NCBI RefSeq assembly: GCF_001194135.2
Contig: NC_068998.1
Location: forward strand, 49,748,455-49,812,454
DNA from: Octopus bimaculoides
Taxonomy: Eukaryota
Length of the DNA stretch: 64,000 bases
Reading direction: 5' to 3'
Shown here: piece after piece, positions 26,886 through 41,737 of the stretch
Layout of the letters: each line of letters opens with the position of its first letter
How positions within the stretch are numbered: the stretch's first letter is position 1
The notes under the pieces: model-generated
What the model was told of the DNA's origin: nothing
The model's database searches: none
The model's input: only the letters and a program-made list of their open reading frames with translations
Translations under genes and position numbers: made by a program

Positions 26886-28331
26886 ACACATATATATGAG
26901 TGTGTGTGTGTATAGATATATCAATATATATCAAATATATATGTATGTATATGTATATATATATATATATATNNNNNNNNNNNNNNNNNNNNNNNNNNNN
27001 NNNNNNNNNNNNNNNNNNNNNNNNNNNNNNNNNNNNNNNNNNNNNNNNNNNNNNNNNNNNNNNNNNNNNNNNNNNNNNNNNNNNNNNNNNNNNNNNNNNN
27101 NNNNNNNNNNNNNNNNNNNNNNNNNNNNNNNNNNNNNNNNNNNNNNNNNNNNNNNNNNNNNNNNNNNNNNNNNNNNNNNNNNNNNNNNNNNNNNNNNNNN
27201 NNNNNNNNNNNNNNNNNNNNNNNNNNNNNNNNNNNNNNNNNNNNNNNNNNNNNNNNNNNNNNNNNNNNNNNNNNNNNNNNNNNNNNNNNNNNNNNNNNNN
27301 NNNNNNNNNNNNNNNNNNNNNNNNNNNNNNNNNNNNNNNNNNNNNNNNNNNNNNNNNNNNNNNNNNNNNNNNNNNNNNNNNNNNATATATATATATATAT
27401 ATACATATATATATAGTCCTGGGGTCGATTTGCTCGACTAAAGGCGGTGCTCCAGCATGGCCACAGTCAAATGACTGAAACAAGTAAAAGAGTAAACCAC
27501 AGAATGATCCTGATCGAAAGGGAAATTTTCCAAATTTTGCGAGAAAGCAATGTAACAATAAACATTAAATTTCAAAGAGAAAATAAATAACTCAGTTCCG
27601 TTGGCAAAAGTTTTGTTCTACTTGTCTGAATAACCGAACGGATTAGACTGATAAAGAGTTTTGAAAGGGCTGAAATTGTTTCTATTTCTAGATTTAGCGC
27701 TGTATGATTAAGGTCAAACATTTAAAGTACATTCAACTCCTTCGTCACGCTTTAGCGACATCAATTATAGTGAAGAAGAGATCAAAGTATGTTTAAAGGG
27801 ATGAGAAAAAGAGGAGGGAATAGGGCTAACTTCAACATACATATGGCATCTGAGGATTATTTTACAACTTGTTAAATTTGCTTTCGATTTATATAAAAAT
27901 TGCATGACCTGCAAAGCTGGAGCGCACGCCACTTAAGTATAGATTAGCTTTATTTTGGCTGTTAATAATTAATTGCATTCGAATGAATCGACACCATTAT
28001 TTGTATTTTTCAAGTTTACTCGCTATTCTATTGTTCTTTTCTCACCACAACACTGTTAACATCTAAAGCACAAGCTTCCATATCCATACAAAAATGATTT
28101 CAGAATCATGAAACTGTACAATTTTCAAAAGTACTAAATCGTATGCGATTCGTGGAATTAACACTGGCAAACATCTGTTACAGTGCTTCTCACTATACAT
28201 ACGTGCATACACACTTCCATACATATATACTTACATATATACTTACATATATATATACTTACATATATACATACATACGTATATACATACATATATATAT
28301 ATGTATACGTATAAATAAACACATGCATGTA

Positions 28332-28364
<33 letters not shown>

Positions 28365-29035
28365 NNNNNNNNNNNNNNNNNNNNNNNNNNNNNNNNNNNN
28401 NNNNNNNNNNNNNNNNNNNNNNNNNNNNNNNNNNNNNNNNNNNNNNNNNNNNNNNNNNNNNNNNNNNNNNNNNNNNNNNNNNNNNNNNNNNNNNNNNNNN
28501 NNNNNNNNNNNNNNNNNNNNNNNNNNNNNNNNNNNNNNNNNNNNNNNNNNNNNNNNNNNNNNNNNNNNNNNNNNNNNNNNNNNNNNNNNNNNNNNNNNNN
28601 NNNNNNNNNNNNNNNNNNNNNNNNNNNNNNNNNNNNNNNNNNNNNNNNNNNNNNNNNNNNNNNNNNNNNNNNNNNNNNNNNNNNNNNNNNNNNNNNNNNN
28701 NNNNNNNNNNNNNNNNNNNNNNNNNNNNNNNNNNNNNNNNNNNNNNNNNNNNNNNNNNNNNNNNNNNNNNNNNNNNNNNNNNNNNNNNNNNNNNNNNNNN
28801 NNNNNNNNNNNNNNNNNNNNNNNNNNNNNNNNNNNNNNNNNNNNNNNNNNNNNNNNNNNNNNNNNNNNNNNNNNNNNNNNNNNNNNNNNNNNNNNNNNNN
28901 NNNNNNNNNNNNNNNNNNNNNNNNNNNNNNNNNNNNNNNNNNNNNNNNNNNNNNNNNNNNNNNNNNNNNNNNNNNNNNNNNNNNNNNNNNNNNNNNNNNN
29001 NNNNNNNNNNNNNNNNNNNNNNNNNNNNNNNNNNN

Positions 29036-29076
<41 letters not shown>

Positions 29077-29469
29077 TACGCACATACATATACACATGCG
29101 ATTATTAGCAAGTCGACCAGATCATAAATTAGAGACCTATGAGTATTTAACCTATGAGGATTTCTGTGCAGCAAAAAACATATATTTCAGGATTGCAATA
29201 TATCACTAATGTGCTATTGTGTACTAATGTGTGTATGTGTGTTTATATGTGCGTGTATATTAGTGTGTGCGCACGCGCGTGTGTATGTTTATGTATATGT
29301 ATTACGGCAGCTACACAAACACATACATTGATACTATTATTGACTGAAAAAACATCAATTTTCTATAATCCTTTTATGTAAGACTAAACCGCAATTATAT
29401 CACTTTTTTCTTTTACTGTCGTGTGATATCTTAAATGGCGAAAATCTTTTTGCTCTACCGCCGCGTATG

Positions 29470-29535
29470 TTTGGCGTAGTGGTTAAGAGCGCGGGCTACT
29501 AACCACAATATCCCGAGATCGATTCCAAGCAGTGA

Positions 29536-29586
<51 letters not shown>

Positions 29587-29720
29587 CAACACCGAAAAAT
29601 ACATTAGGAATGAGAAACTAGGTTCGAAATTTCCCCAAGTCACCTAATGAAGCCTGGAGGGTATATCAGCCGAAACGTCGCGTTAACAATAAACAAGATG
29701 AGGACAAACATCCGTCAAAT
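29470..29720 (+). mobile_element. tRNA-derived SINE with internal (AAT)n
   Basis: Head ggcgtagtggttaagagcgcggg...gagatcgattcc, and a 3' part containing gccgaaacg. Confidence 0.7.
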
Positions 29721-29894
29721 GAGGGCATTCCTAAGCACGTGATCATAGTTTGCTTTCAGTTCCTTTATTAATCCAGTTTATATAAATGACTTATGCATTT
29801 AACTTGTTGTTACATGCCTACTTCAATTTTATTAAATGTTTTACTGCAGGCTTTATATATAATTTGTAAATAAACCAAAGTTTTAAATTCTTAG

Positions 29895-31283
29895 GTGTTC
29901 CGTGGTATGGAGATTGCCTTAACCAGCATAACAGTCGTTGTAATGAAAACATTATTGAAAATACGTGGTATAACTTTTGCAAGTATATATAAATATACAT
30001 TTATCATCATTTCATTAGACAATTCTGTAATACAATTAATATTTAAACATTCCGTCATTATAAAAGTTCATATATACCGAAATTTTTATCGGTAAAAAAT
30101 TGGAAAATTGTATCCATTTCAAAATTTGATATATGTCAGTATGTTCATATTTATATTGTGCGTTGTTTTTCCGATACGCTAATGCACATTTATATTTTTA
30201 ATAAATGTATTGTTCATTGCTAAATTAAAAGGCAAAACACGGTTTGCTTGGCATTTGATGCATGTCACAAGATACAAAGTTTTTATGTACACTAAAAATA
30301 TTTCTTTGTATGTATTTCATATCACAATACCTAAATAACATTTCATTAGTTAGATATTTCCAGTAAATGCATCAGTTATTCACAGGTTAGTGCTCAACGA
30401 AAATATAGCCTGTGCGTATGTTATACGATTTAAAACAATAATGATAATTCGTTTAATAGGGCCTAGTTTTCTTTTATTTCCGTTGTTCTGCATGACGGTG
30501 CAGTAAAGCACTAGAATTGAAATCACTTGATTCCCACTGCGCAGCACCTTAGGCATGTACGTTTTGCTATAGACTTACATCACCTAATGCATTATGAGTG
30601 AATCTGGTGGATGAGAATTGGTCATTAGCCAGAATATATAGTATCCAGTATATATACATACATATCTATGTTGTTGCGTCTATGAACCCTCACTCCAATA
30701 TTTGAAAATGGAGGTTGATTTGTGCAGGCCACTTTAACCTGTCAGTTTAATAAGAACTGTCAATAACACAAGCACAAAACATTAAAGTGAGTAACTATGA
30801 GACTGGACCAGCTAAAATTCCAGGTGACTGCTAATAATAGCAGCGAGTAAAGTAGAAGAGATATAGGGAACGAGAAAACCCTATTAACTAGATTCGAATT
30901 TTAACATTATTTCATTTCACATTTTACAAAATATTTAATATCATACCAGAAATTTGAATATTCAGGTTTCAATTCCTAAGTGCTTTCTTTTTCTTACAGA
31001 ATTTACACGACTTCTAAAAAGTGCTTTAATAACCTGTCAAAATATTGTCTTGGATTCTACGATTTCTATCATAAACACAAGTGTTTGGTAAGATATTAGA
31101 ATTAATTTTGATCCATTCATACCAACAGTTTCTCAGTTAACAAACGATACAATGCTTAGATTTGTTAAAACATGTGACAAGGACATTGCTCGATAGTAAC
31201 CGTTAAAACAAATCTTCCTGTATTCATACTTTGTCACTAGCCTGTTATTTCCTGAAACTAGATCGAAGTAAATAGTAGCAATT

Positions 31284-31320
<37 letters not shown>

Positions 31321-32121
31321 CATATATACATGTATGTGTGAGAGTGTGTGTATATAAATTCACGTTTTCTTTTTCAGTACAATGACCAAAGTAACAGTTT
31401 TGAAAACAATGCTGAGGTACGTTATGTTATTACTAATCATCTGTGTGTCACAACTCGACATCCAGTGATAGAGCCTCGATTTCATTGTAAGATATACATG
31501 CTGTTAATGTATACATACATGTATATATATACTGTATATGTATATGGTGCGTGTCTATGTGTGTGGATGTAAGATGAGTATTTAGGTGAGTAGTATTGCA
31601 AGGTATGGTTAAAGATTCTTCTAGACATATACATACTTGTGCCGTATGTATATATATCTATACATATACACATATACATATATGTATGTATATATAGAAT
31701 GTATATATAAAATGCGGCGTCCTTTAAGTTACCTTAAGAGTCGATTAAAACGACTGATGCAGCTTAACTTTTATCTGAATAAATATGTAATTTTCGGTGA
31801 AATACTAGTCATATCGAAGTTAATATGTGCATTGGAGAAGCTGTGTTACTCTCAAATTAAATAATCTGAAATAGAAATTTTATATTAATTTCTTGTAAGA
31901 CCCTAAGTCAACTATAGCCAACACGACAACACTGTGATACAGTTATATTAACGTTACTTATATAAATTCTTATTTAGATATTAAATATACTGTAACATGT
32001 ATTGTCTTCAAGCACTTAATGTACACATTTGAATGAACATATTTCTGGTCTTCTTTTGCAGGTCCATTTTCAGTCCGTATATGTTACTGCAATTATGGTG
32101 ATGTTAAGCAATGTTATATGA
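29895..32121 (+). CDS. Gene B (5'-partial, signal exon not located): 6-Cys, putatively GPI-anchored paralogue. Exons 29895-29982, 31000-31087, 31378-31416, 32062-32121
   Basis: Spliced frame GVPWYGDCLNQHNSRCNENIIENTWYNFCK/IYTTSKKCFNNLSKYCLGFYDFYHKHKCL/YNDQSNSFENNAE/VHFQSVYVTAIMVMLSNVI*. Exon sizes 88/88/39/60 nt, with the same phases and Cys spacing as gene A. TGAATAAA at the stop. Confidence 0.82.
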
Positions 32122-33141
32122 ATAAAATATGTGCTGATTCAAATGTATATGTATTTCCTTGTTGTTTTTTTTTAATGGAATACTAGTTGGTTTATCTGCA
32201 AAATCGGCCACAATGTTTTTGAATACCTTGACTTCTGTTGCGTATTGTCTTATACGTACTGTCAATGTTTGAGATGTACCTTTCTGCACATAGTTTTTTA
32301 TATCTTATGTATTGTTCAATGACTACGCGTTTGTAGGTTTTCCGCAGTCTCTCCTATTTCAATATTTAACAAGACTGTAATATATGTATTGGATTCTCTA
32401 AGTCATGAACGAGAAATGATGGTTCAGTAAAAATAAAGCGGTAATCATGTTCTATGTACACACACTTGTATCATTTGCTTGCAAACATTATGGAAAATGG
32501 AACAAATTGAGGACTCAGTTTTCTCGAGTGCTTGTGGATCACTTACTATGTGTTTTCTTCAGAGGCTGACAAATCTGGCTTTCTTCCGTTCCATAAATCC
32601 ACAATGATGGGCAAGGTTACCTTTTAAAGGAGCAGCGTTTTGCAAGAGTGCCTGCATGCTTTCACGAAGTTGGTCCTGATGTTGGAGTCGACTTTGATCA
32701 AAGGAGAAACAGGACCGGTATCACGTCCTGTGTTCTGATGCTTCGTTTCCCCAGGATCAGAAGGGAATGTCTTTCGCTTCAGGTATTGGTGTATTAAACG
32801 AAAATAATAAAAAAAGAATAATATACTTTCAAGTATTGTCGATATTATTATGATTATGAAAGCTAAATATAGCAAAAACGCATAGAAAGCATCAAACATA
32901 ATGCATTGTCTGTTGTGATAGGACACTTGCTGCTGCAATATGAAACGTAATCTCTGCAGCAAAAGAAATGTATATCATGAAATTATTACCATTGCACTGC
33001 AGTCTTTCTTGATATTTTAGAGTATATATATATATATNNNNNNNNNNNNNNNNNNNNNNNNNNNNNNNNNNNNNNNNNNNNNNNNNNNNNNNNNNATCGA
33101 CATTTTCGAATGGTAATACCAACATGAATTAAAAAATCATC

Positions 33142-33194
<53 letters not shown>

Positions 33195-33859
33195 TAATAA
33201 TAATGATAATAATCATAATTAAAATAGTATGGTATTACCATTCTCGTCAGTGCAAAAATTTAAAGTAAAACATCAAAAAAGGTATTAACAAAAGAGAATT
33301 AGAAGGAAGAACAAAGAGGCTATGTCGGAGAAGCCGACTGGATATTTGTAAATAAATTGTAGAAGGGGGAAAAAGAAGAGATGCAGGTTCATGTAAATGT
33401 AGTTTCGAGTCTATCTGTTTATGACACTATTTTAGTATTTTATATGGGATTTAATCTTATATGTGCCTACAGTGTTTTATATAGGATTTATTTTAAACAT
33501 GCCTCTAACAAACTCTTTCCTTGTTGATTTCATATTTTAATTCCTTGCTATACCAGGCTATCATTTTGATATGATAAATATTTATTAGAAATATATCTTT
33601 TTGAATTCCCCAAAACATAGAGATTGGTTTCAATAATTATTCCAAGGTTCTCTGATATTATGAGATGTTGAAAATGGTTCATCTGAAGGAATAGAATATG
33701 GTTGTTTTATCCTAGCATTTCTTCCAAAATGCTTCAGTTCAAATTTTCCATCATTCAGCCGTATTTTGCTTTTGTCTGCCTATTGATTTTCAGATTATAG
33801 ATCAGACTAGATTTCAATTCGGTCTTCTTATCGGTTTGATGATTTTCTGAAAGTAGGAG

Positions 33860-34565
33860 TCATTTGCTGTGTTTTATGACGCTTGACATGTCGTTTATAT
33901 CGACTATAAATATAAGCGAACCCAAGGCAGTCCCCTGCAGGACACCACTGGTGACTTTCGCCGGACTTGTGTGAATTCCACTGATCACAACATGTTGTGT
34001 TCTATTCTCGATGAAATACTTAATCCAGTGCTGTAGCTCTCCATAGACTCCAACATTTGACAATTTTGACAGTTGCATATTGTAGCTGACAAGAAGTTCC
34101 GTAAACGGCTAGGAATGGAATGAACTGCATTCTGAAAGTCTTCCAGTCTGCGAGGCTTTGTCTTGTACACTTCCACTTTTGTGTAAACCCATAGGTGAAA
34201 TTTACATGGAATGAGATCTGGACTTCTTGGACTTCTGCGGTTACAGCCTTCAGGTTTTAGCTACTGCACTTTATGGGGTCTCAACGGACGAAAATTTAAT
34301 TATTTATGCAACAGCGTACGTATTGTGTGTCTTGTTAATCCACTTTGACGATTTGCTTGACGTATTGATTTTTTATGGGCAGCGAGTAAACATTTCCGGC
34401 ACTGTTGCCACGTTCTCCGCTGATGTGGCTGGATGGCTAGCGCTCACTGAGCCCGTGGCCATTAGCTTTGAATGACAACATTTTATTGTTTCCGGACGTA
34501 GTATCACATGCCTACCTCTCCATGCATCTTATGTGGTCCCTGGGGGAGCCATATAGACCCTAGTT
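33860..34565 (-). mobile_element. CR1/L2-like LINE reverse transcriptase relic
   Basis: VTSGVLQGTALGSLIFIVDINDM corresponds to the SGVPQGSVLGPLLF.YINDL RT motif. Confidence 0.8.
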
Positions 34566-34889
34566 GTAAACAACATTTGTAATATATTCTAATTACAATT
34601 TTCGTTAATAGCATGTGTTTAAGCGAAGTGAATTAAATTTAAATAGTATGATGTTTGTGGTTTTCGACTTTTTTTTTGTACAAATCTCTGCATAAGTTTA
34701 CTTGAAAAAAACTTTAATCCTCTTAATAGCATTTCCCTTCTTATAGTAGGAGATAGTTTACAATATCAGTATGTCTCTACAAAAAATGCAGGACCCTGAG
34801 GATATATCCATATCTCTCAAAAAAAAACCGTTCAAAATTTAATATATGTTCGCTATACAGATATAAACATATATATATATATCTATCTA

Positions 34890-34924
<35 letters not shown>

Positions 34925-35927
34925 ATATATATATATATATATATATNNNNNNNNNNNNNNNNNNNNNNNNNNNNNNNNNNNNNNNNNNNNNNNNNNNNNN
35001 NNNNNNNNNNNNNNNNNNNNNNNNNNNNNNNNNNNNNNNNNNNNNNNNNNNNNNNNNNNNNNNNNNNNNNNNNNNNNNNNNNNNNNNNNNNNNNNNNNNN
35101 NNNNNNNNNNNNNNNNNNNNNNNNNNNNNNNNNNNNNNNNNNNAAGTTTACTTGAAAAAAACTTTAATCCTCTTAATAGCATTTCCCTTCTTATAGTAGG
35201 AGATAGTTTACAATATCAGTATGTCTCTACAAAAAATGCAGGACCCTGAGGATATATCCATATCTCTCAAAAAAAAACCGTTCAAAATTTAATATATGTT
35301 CGCTATACAGATATAAACATATATATATAGGTATGTGGTATGTATATATACAGAGGAGAGATTACAACGGGGAAAAGAAATGTTACGTAAGAAACTTCAC
35401 AAGCTTCACTAGCTTACAGCTGTTACTTAAATAAAATGTCATTGACTCTTAGCGGTGTACCTGCATATCATCCCATAGCTTATTCAGAGCCATGAATATG
35501 AATAGCACATTATTTTGGAAACATACATTTTCGGTAAATACACTCACTGCCTAACGAACTATTGAAATAGGTATATATATATGGTAAGTACCTTGCTTAG
35601 CACGTTCAGTCCTATTCTGAGGCACCTTGGGCAAGTGCCTTCTACGTAGCCAAAAGCCTCGGGCGTTACCAAAGTATTGTGAGTGGATTTGGTAGACGGA
35701 AACTGAAAGAAACCCGTCGTATAAACATACATATATGTGTGTGTGTGTGTGCGTGTATGTGTGTGTGCGTGTACGTGTGTGTATGTTTGTGTGTCTGTAT
35801 TTGTCCCCGAACATCGCTTGACAAACGTTGCTTTTATCTTTACGTCCTCTAGGCTTACACAGAATAAGTTCTGGGGTCGATTTGCATGTTTGTAGTCAAA
35901 TGACTGAAACAAGTAAAAGAATAAAAG

Positions 35928-36024
<97 letters not shown>

Positions 36025-36576
36025 TGAGTCTGGATCTGTATCTGTGTAAGTATGTATTATTCATACATATGTTTTTAGCTGATATGCGAAGTGTCTATTT
36101 CCCAACGATATTATTTTGCATGTTTGTTTACATGCACATACATGCATGCATTCTGCATTTACATATTATAGGTATGTCACTCCTTTACTCTACTATACTG
36201 ATTATGAAATAGATGTACATATAGAAATAAAGGGGGTAACTATAAATTTGCTTTGTCATGTGTACTTATGTATCTTATGCGCATATGATTTATAATGTTA
36301 ATATATGAAATATTTTATTCTCGTCTGCGCGATCATAAACTATACAAATTACATATTTTGTTCCAAATGTTGTCAGAATATAATAGACAATTAACTGCGT
36401 GATCATAAATAATTTTGAAACCGTGAAATATATTGCAATAAACGCCCCATACGCTATAACGCTATAATACATATCAATCCATCAACTAAGGGAAAATATA
36501 TGTGGGTATCACAGATAAATCAATGTCTAGTCGACATATACATCACCGCAAAATGAATTTACAAGGAGTCATCACA

Positions 36577-36821
36577 ATGAAATATTACTTTGTCTTAATT
36601 CTACTCATGGTTGGTAAGTCATTATAGCAAACGATTCTGTTTTCATTTTTTTTTTCTTTTGCTAATTATTAGAATTAAATCTGTTCGCGTGGTTGAAACA
36701 TTAACTTTTTTCTTCCTCTCTCTTTTGAAATCTTTCTTTTACTCTTTTACTACATCTCTCTCGTTCTATTTGGTGAAGATTTTTTGAGTTATCTTACCAA
36801 TTATTTTTGTTGGTAGATAAT

Positions 36822-36858
<37 letters not shown>

Positions 36859-39800
36859 CTGTAACATATGTGACAATTATTGGGTACCCATGATAAAACT
36901 CCGAGTTACGGATGCCGGGGTGGAAACCCACGCCGCTATCTCTTCAGTTGTTTGGCCATTGAAAATTGCTATGGAAATGACGGGTCATTTATATATATAT
37001 GTTATTGCGCTTTACGTAATTTGGATCCGGTGCTGAAAGGTGATGTTTCAACAAATCTTTTAGGGAATATAATTTCCAAAGATGTCAATTTGATGAATTG
37101 CAGCGATTTTAATAATTGACAATATCGTAGTGTAAAAATAGTTTGGACATCTCTTGTGAAACTAAAGGTATCTATACGACAAATTCCTGTTTATCACTAT
37201 ACTATCAGTTATATAACTATTACCGACGTGCAGGAATACCATATTTCGTTATCGAACGATAATATACTAGAAAGTATATTAAATGCTTTATAAGATAACA
37301 CTGTTATTTATTCTGTTGGCAGTGATATTAAATCAATTGTTTATGTTATCTCTAGAGTTTTCTGCAGATTATTGCTAGTACTAATTTTCTTTACGATGTT
37401 TTGTATTCGAGACACCTGATGTAAAGAACAAAATGCAAATCTGTAGAGATAACCTTAACAAAATAATTAATGCTCATTAAGTTTATATTTGTTTGCCATG
37501 TGCATGATATAAACATATTGCATATTTTGGTGGTAAATTTAAATAACGGATTATATCACTGAGAAAATCCTGTGGTTTATCTACCACGATTGATGTTATC
37601 TGATGCATTTGAAATAATCACATTTCCTATATAACACATCTATCAACAATGATGTGAGATGATGTTTATGAGTAGTTTTAAAAGCATATTCCTGAATTGG
37701 AGTAGGAAAAAGCATTCCATTTTTGTTTCCATTTGTGTTTTCTCTGTGTTTTCTGAAAGGTACAACGATTTCATACAAAAATTCAGAAAGACATTAGAGA
37801 ATGTTCACTGCATAAGAATATTTACTTTTAATTCTGTGTTCTGTTCGTAAAGCTTTCTCTCAGAGAACTACATATAAACAATGCTCACCCACACACACAA
37901 AACGGATTATATCACGGACAAAAAGATCCTGTGGTTTATCTACACACACATTTATACATGCAGACATAGGAACATACACACACACAGACACACACGTATA
38001 CAAATAAAGAAAACACATAAATGTTATTTAATATGCCACACAAATGCAGTAACTAAGGTATTCCTTTACTATAATTCACCGTATATCTATTGCATGGATT
38101 ATTCAATGCCATATCTCGAAATCACAAGCTATAATAATGTTTCAAATGTTTAGGTGATGTGATGTCCACCGATTGTATTTATTTAGCAGCCGAGACATGC
38201 CCTAAAGCCAATGTGAATTTTACAATAATAAACCCTGAATTCTGCACGTATGTATGGCATCACATATACTTTTACCTCAGATATTATTATATTGTAATTA
38301 CTTGATATCAAACCTATGCCTAACATTCCTTGCAGTCTTACACTTCTTCAAATAAATGTACTGAACTTCGTGAATGCAATTGACAGTAGTAATTAAGAGT
38401 TATCTTACATATGGATAAAATAGTTAATAAATGCGATTTTTATCATAGTTTGAAGTTATTGTTAATAAATGTATTCCTGAATTGGTGTATGGAAAAGCAT
38501 TCTGCTATGGCTTTTGTAAGTGTTCTACCTGTTATATGAAAAGTATAGTGACTTTCTCCATATATATTAAAATACTGTTGGTACTCCCGTTTATTTTATC
38601 CTGAATATTAAAGAATGTTTATTCCGGCAAAATATTTATTATTGATACTGTATTTTGCATGCTATACATATTTGATAACTATTTTTTTGTCTTCCAGTGA
38701 GTACCTGAAACATCATAAATGTCTTCATGAAATACAGAATTCATGCGTTGATTTCTATGGCTACTTATATTACAATATATGTGTCGCGGTAGGAGCAATA
38801 TTTCAATGAATCAAATATACATAGGTTATCTGTTAAAATGAAACTTATTAAATTAAATTCGTTGATAGCATTCATTTTATATACATACATATATGTACGT
38901 GCGCGTGTGTGTGTGTATGCGCGTATATGTTTATATACGGTGTTTCCCTGGAAATGAGACCTACCATGATTTTTCAGGCTGTTTTTAATATAAGTACTAC
39001 CCCGAAAATAAGACCTAGTCAGAAACGCATCAGCTTGTTAGCAAGAGCATGTGATGTTTGCAAAATAAGCGAACTACCGCAGCTTGGCTAAAGTCTGCGC
39101 TAAGCACGTATGCACGGAGTTGATTCCCTTGTACCCCAGGCAAGATAAATGTAAAGAGAGTCATTCTGTGGAGTACAAGAAAGGAATTGTGGAAGAGTCT
39201 CATAACAAAAATCTTACGGCATTCTCTAAGGAGAAGATGTTGGATCTCCGAATGTTTAGAAAATAGCGAGAAGAGTATAATAATCTGTTAGGGGTGCGTC
39301 GCCAATTTACATTCCCTCCACTGGCTACGAAAGTGCACGAGTTACATATATTTTGGCAGTTCGTCTCGATGGAAGTAAAACTCCTCCTTTAATCATCACC
39401 AAAGGCAAGAAGGATAGAATTGAAGGCGTTTCAGGCATCTGTGTTCTGGAAACTGAAAAGGCATGGTGTACACAGGCAGTTTTAAGGAAATGGATCGATT
39501 TCATGCTGCCATTGATTTTGCGAGGAAGCGAAAGAGGTATGATAGTTTGGGATTCAGCCAGCACGACCGCGCAAAAGACATGAAGAATTTCCTTGCAGAA
39601 AGGAGAATAGATCAAATCATGATTCCCGCAGGAATGACTGTTTATCTCCAGACTCTTAATATTGCAATAAATAAACCATTCAAGGACAACTTACGCATGG
39701 AAATTAATGACTACATTGAAAGCAGAATAGTGAGAAATGAGAGTGGAAATTTTGTGAAGCCCAGACTACAAGAGATCGTGACTTGGGTGACAAATTCATG

Positions 39801-41674
39801 GAACAAAATCACAGACAGCTGTGTTGCCAATGCGCTACGAGCAGGCTACCTGGATAAAAACTTCTCATTCCACGAGACCTTTATTGCTTGACATGAGAAA
39901 ATAGGAGCGAAAATTCTGCAGGAAATTGAGTTAAGCGAAAACTCCGCTGGAATTTTGGAAACCGATGACTTGCAAGACTTTCCAAAGGATGATGATATGA
40001 TCGTGTTTGAATAAATTGTTGTTAATGAGTTTCTGAATAAAAAAATGTTAATGGTAAGTAAATGTAGATCGTTTATCGTAATTTCTGTTTATTTAGAAAT
40101 CTCGGAATTTTTATTTTGTAATTTCATTTTTTGATATATCAAAATAAGTCATCCCACGAAAATAAGCCCTAGTGTCATATTTCGGAGTGAAAATTAATAT
40201 GAGCCCTGTCTTATTTTCGGGGAAATACGGTAGGTGTGTGTGTATGTGTACTGAACGTATTATCTTTGAAGAAGTGAGAGCGAGAGCTGGTCAACACCTT
40301 TCTACATTAAAAATTTCTGTTCACGCCATGTTTTCTGGCTCGTTACTTTCTGAACACAAATTCTGTCAAGATTGATTTAGTCTATAATCTTTCATAGCTA
40401 TTAATATACATTCAAATAATTTTACAATCTGCATGATCTTTTATACTCAAAAGCTCTTGCTTTGTGCCAACATTTGAAAGGAATATATATTATCTGAAAG
40501 TGAACATTACATCGAAGAAATATAAATAAGCTACTTATTCTTAAAAAAAAAAAATGTTTCAATATTCACACAACACATCCTAATAATTCTCGTCCCACTG
40601 CAAGGGAAGGATTTATGTCTTTTACTCGTTCGTCGTGTATATTTTATAAGTTATTTAAATTGTTATTCCATCGCCTATATTGAAGATTGTTTCAGATTTT
40701 TAGAGTCTGTGGAATACTATTATTTTAGCACAGACTGTTCATTTCAGGAATCTAAATACACGTAAACTTATCTATCATCCTTGAAAGTTTAGGAGAAGAT
40801 GCGCACAAAATACAATAACCAATAATGATTACTTTTACTGCATCATTTTCTTTTACAGTTAGTTGTATAATCCTGACTACAGCTTGTAGGTATATATAAT
40901 ATTTGCTTCTAATTTCTCCTTTGCGATACAAGTATGTTTGGGCAGGGGTCTAACCACAGAAAGGATGTAATGCAAAGTCAACATAATTTTTAATTTAATA
41001 TCTGTGTTTGAACAGTATAAGAAAAACTGATATTGTAACAGGCATTTAAATATTCTAGACTTTAAACCTACCAGTGGCATATCATAGAGTTAATTCGTGC
41101 GAAGTACGAGATATGTATGATAGTTTAAGTTGAAATGGTAAATGTATATTTGATTTTATAATGGTAATGAAATTATAATTGATTTAACATATTTTTCGGA
41201 ACTTAGTTCTAACAAACTGCTGAAATTTTATTTCCAGTATGAGAGCTCCAGCGAAGAAAATAAGGTAATAATTTAAATTTCATTAGCTCAGTATCAAAAT
41301 ATGTTACAGTTGTAGATTCAACGATAACACATTTACTTCACTATAGGTTATATAAATATTACGTCATTGTAATATGCGAAGAATACGATAATAATGACTC
41401 AAAATCATAACTTAAATGTGATCCAAATTTTTCTGCTGGTGGCGTATTCCCATCCATGTTTATAAGTGGTTCACATTATTACATACGATCTCTGTCTTTT
41501 CAAAATTGGCTAGTGTTCTTCACGTTTTTGCAACGAATCACAAACGGAAAATTATGGGGTGAGGTTAGCCTCATTCCTATTATGTGGGACCCACACTTAA
41601 AGATTCTGAACTTAAGTAATTTGATGCATATGCCTTCCAAATTTCGATTTGGATATTTGGGAACACCCGCGATA

Positions 41675-41737
<63 letters not shown>

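Noticed and set aside
32062-32186. Cys-rich alternative frame GPFSVRICYCNYGDVKQC... at gene B's last exon
   Set aside because: It needs a phase-1 intron, but the upstream exons end in phase 0. The phase-0 frame gives the 60-nt hydrophobic tail matching the paralogues.
34694-35330. ~190-bp identical direct duplication (34694-34885 and 35145-35330)
   Set aside because: The copies are identical and flank an N-gap, typical of an unmerged contig overlap. A similar case occurs at about 44190-44239 and 44790-44838.
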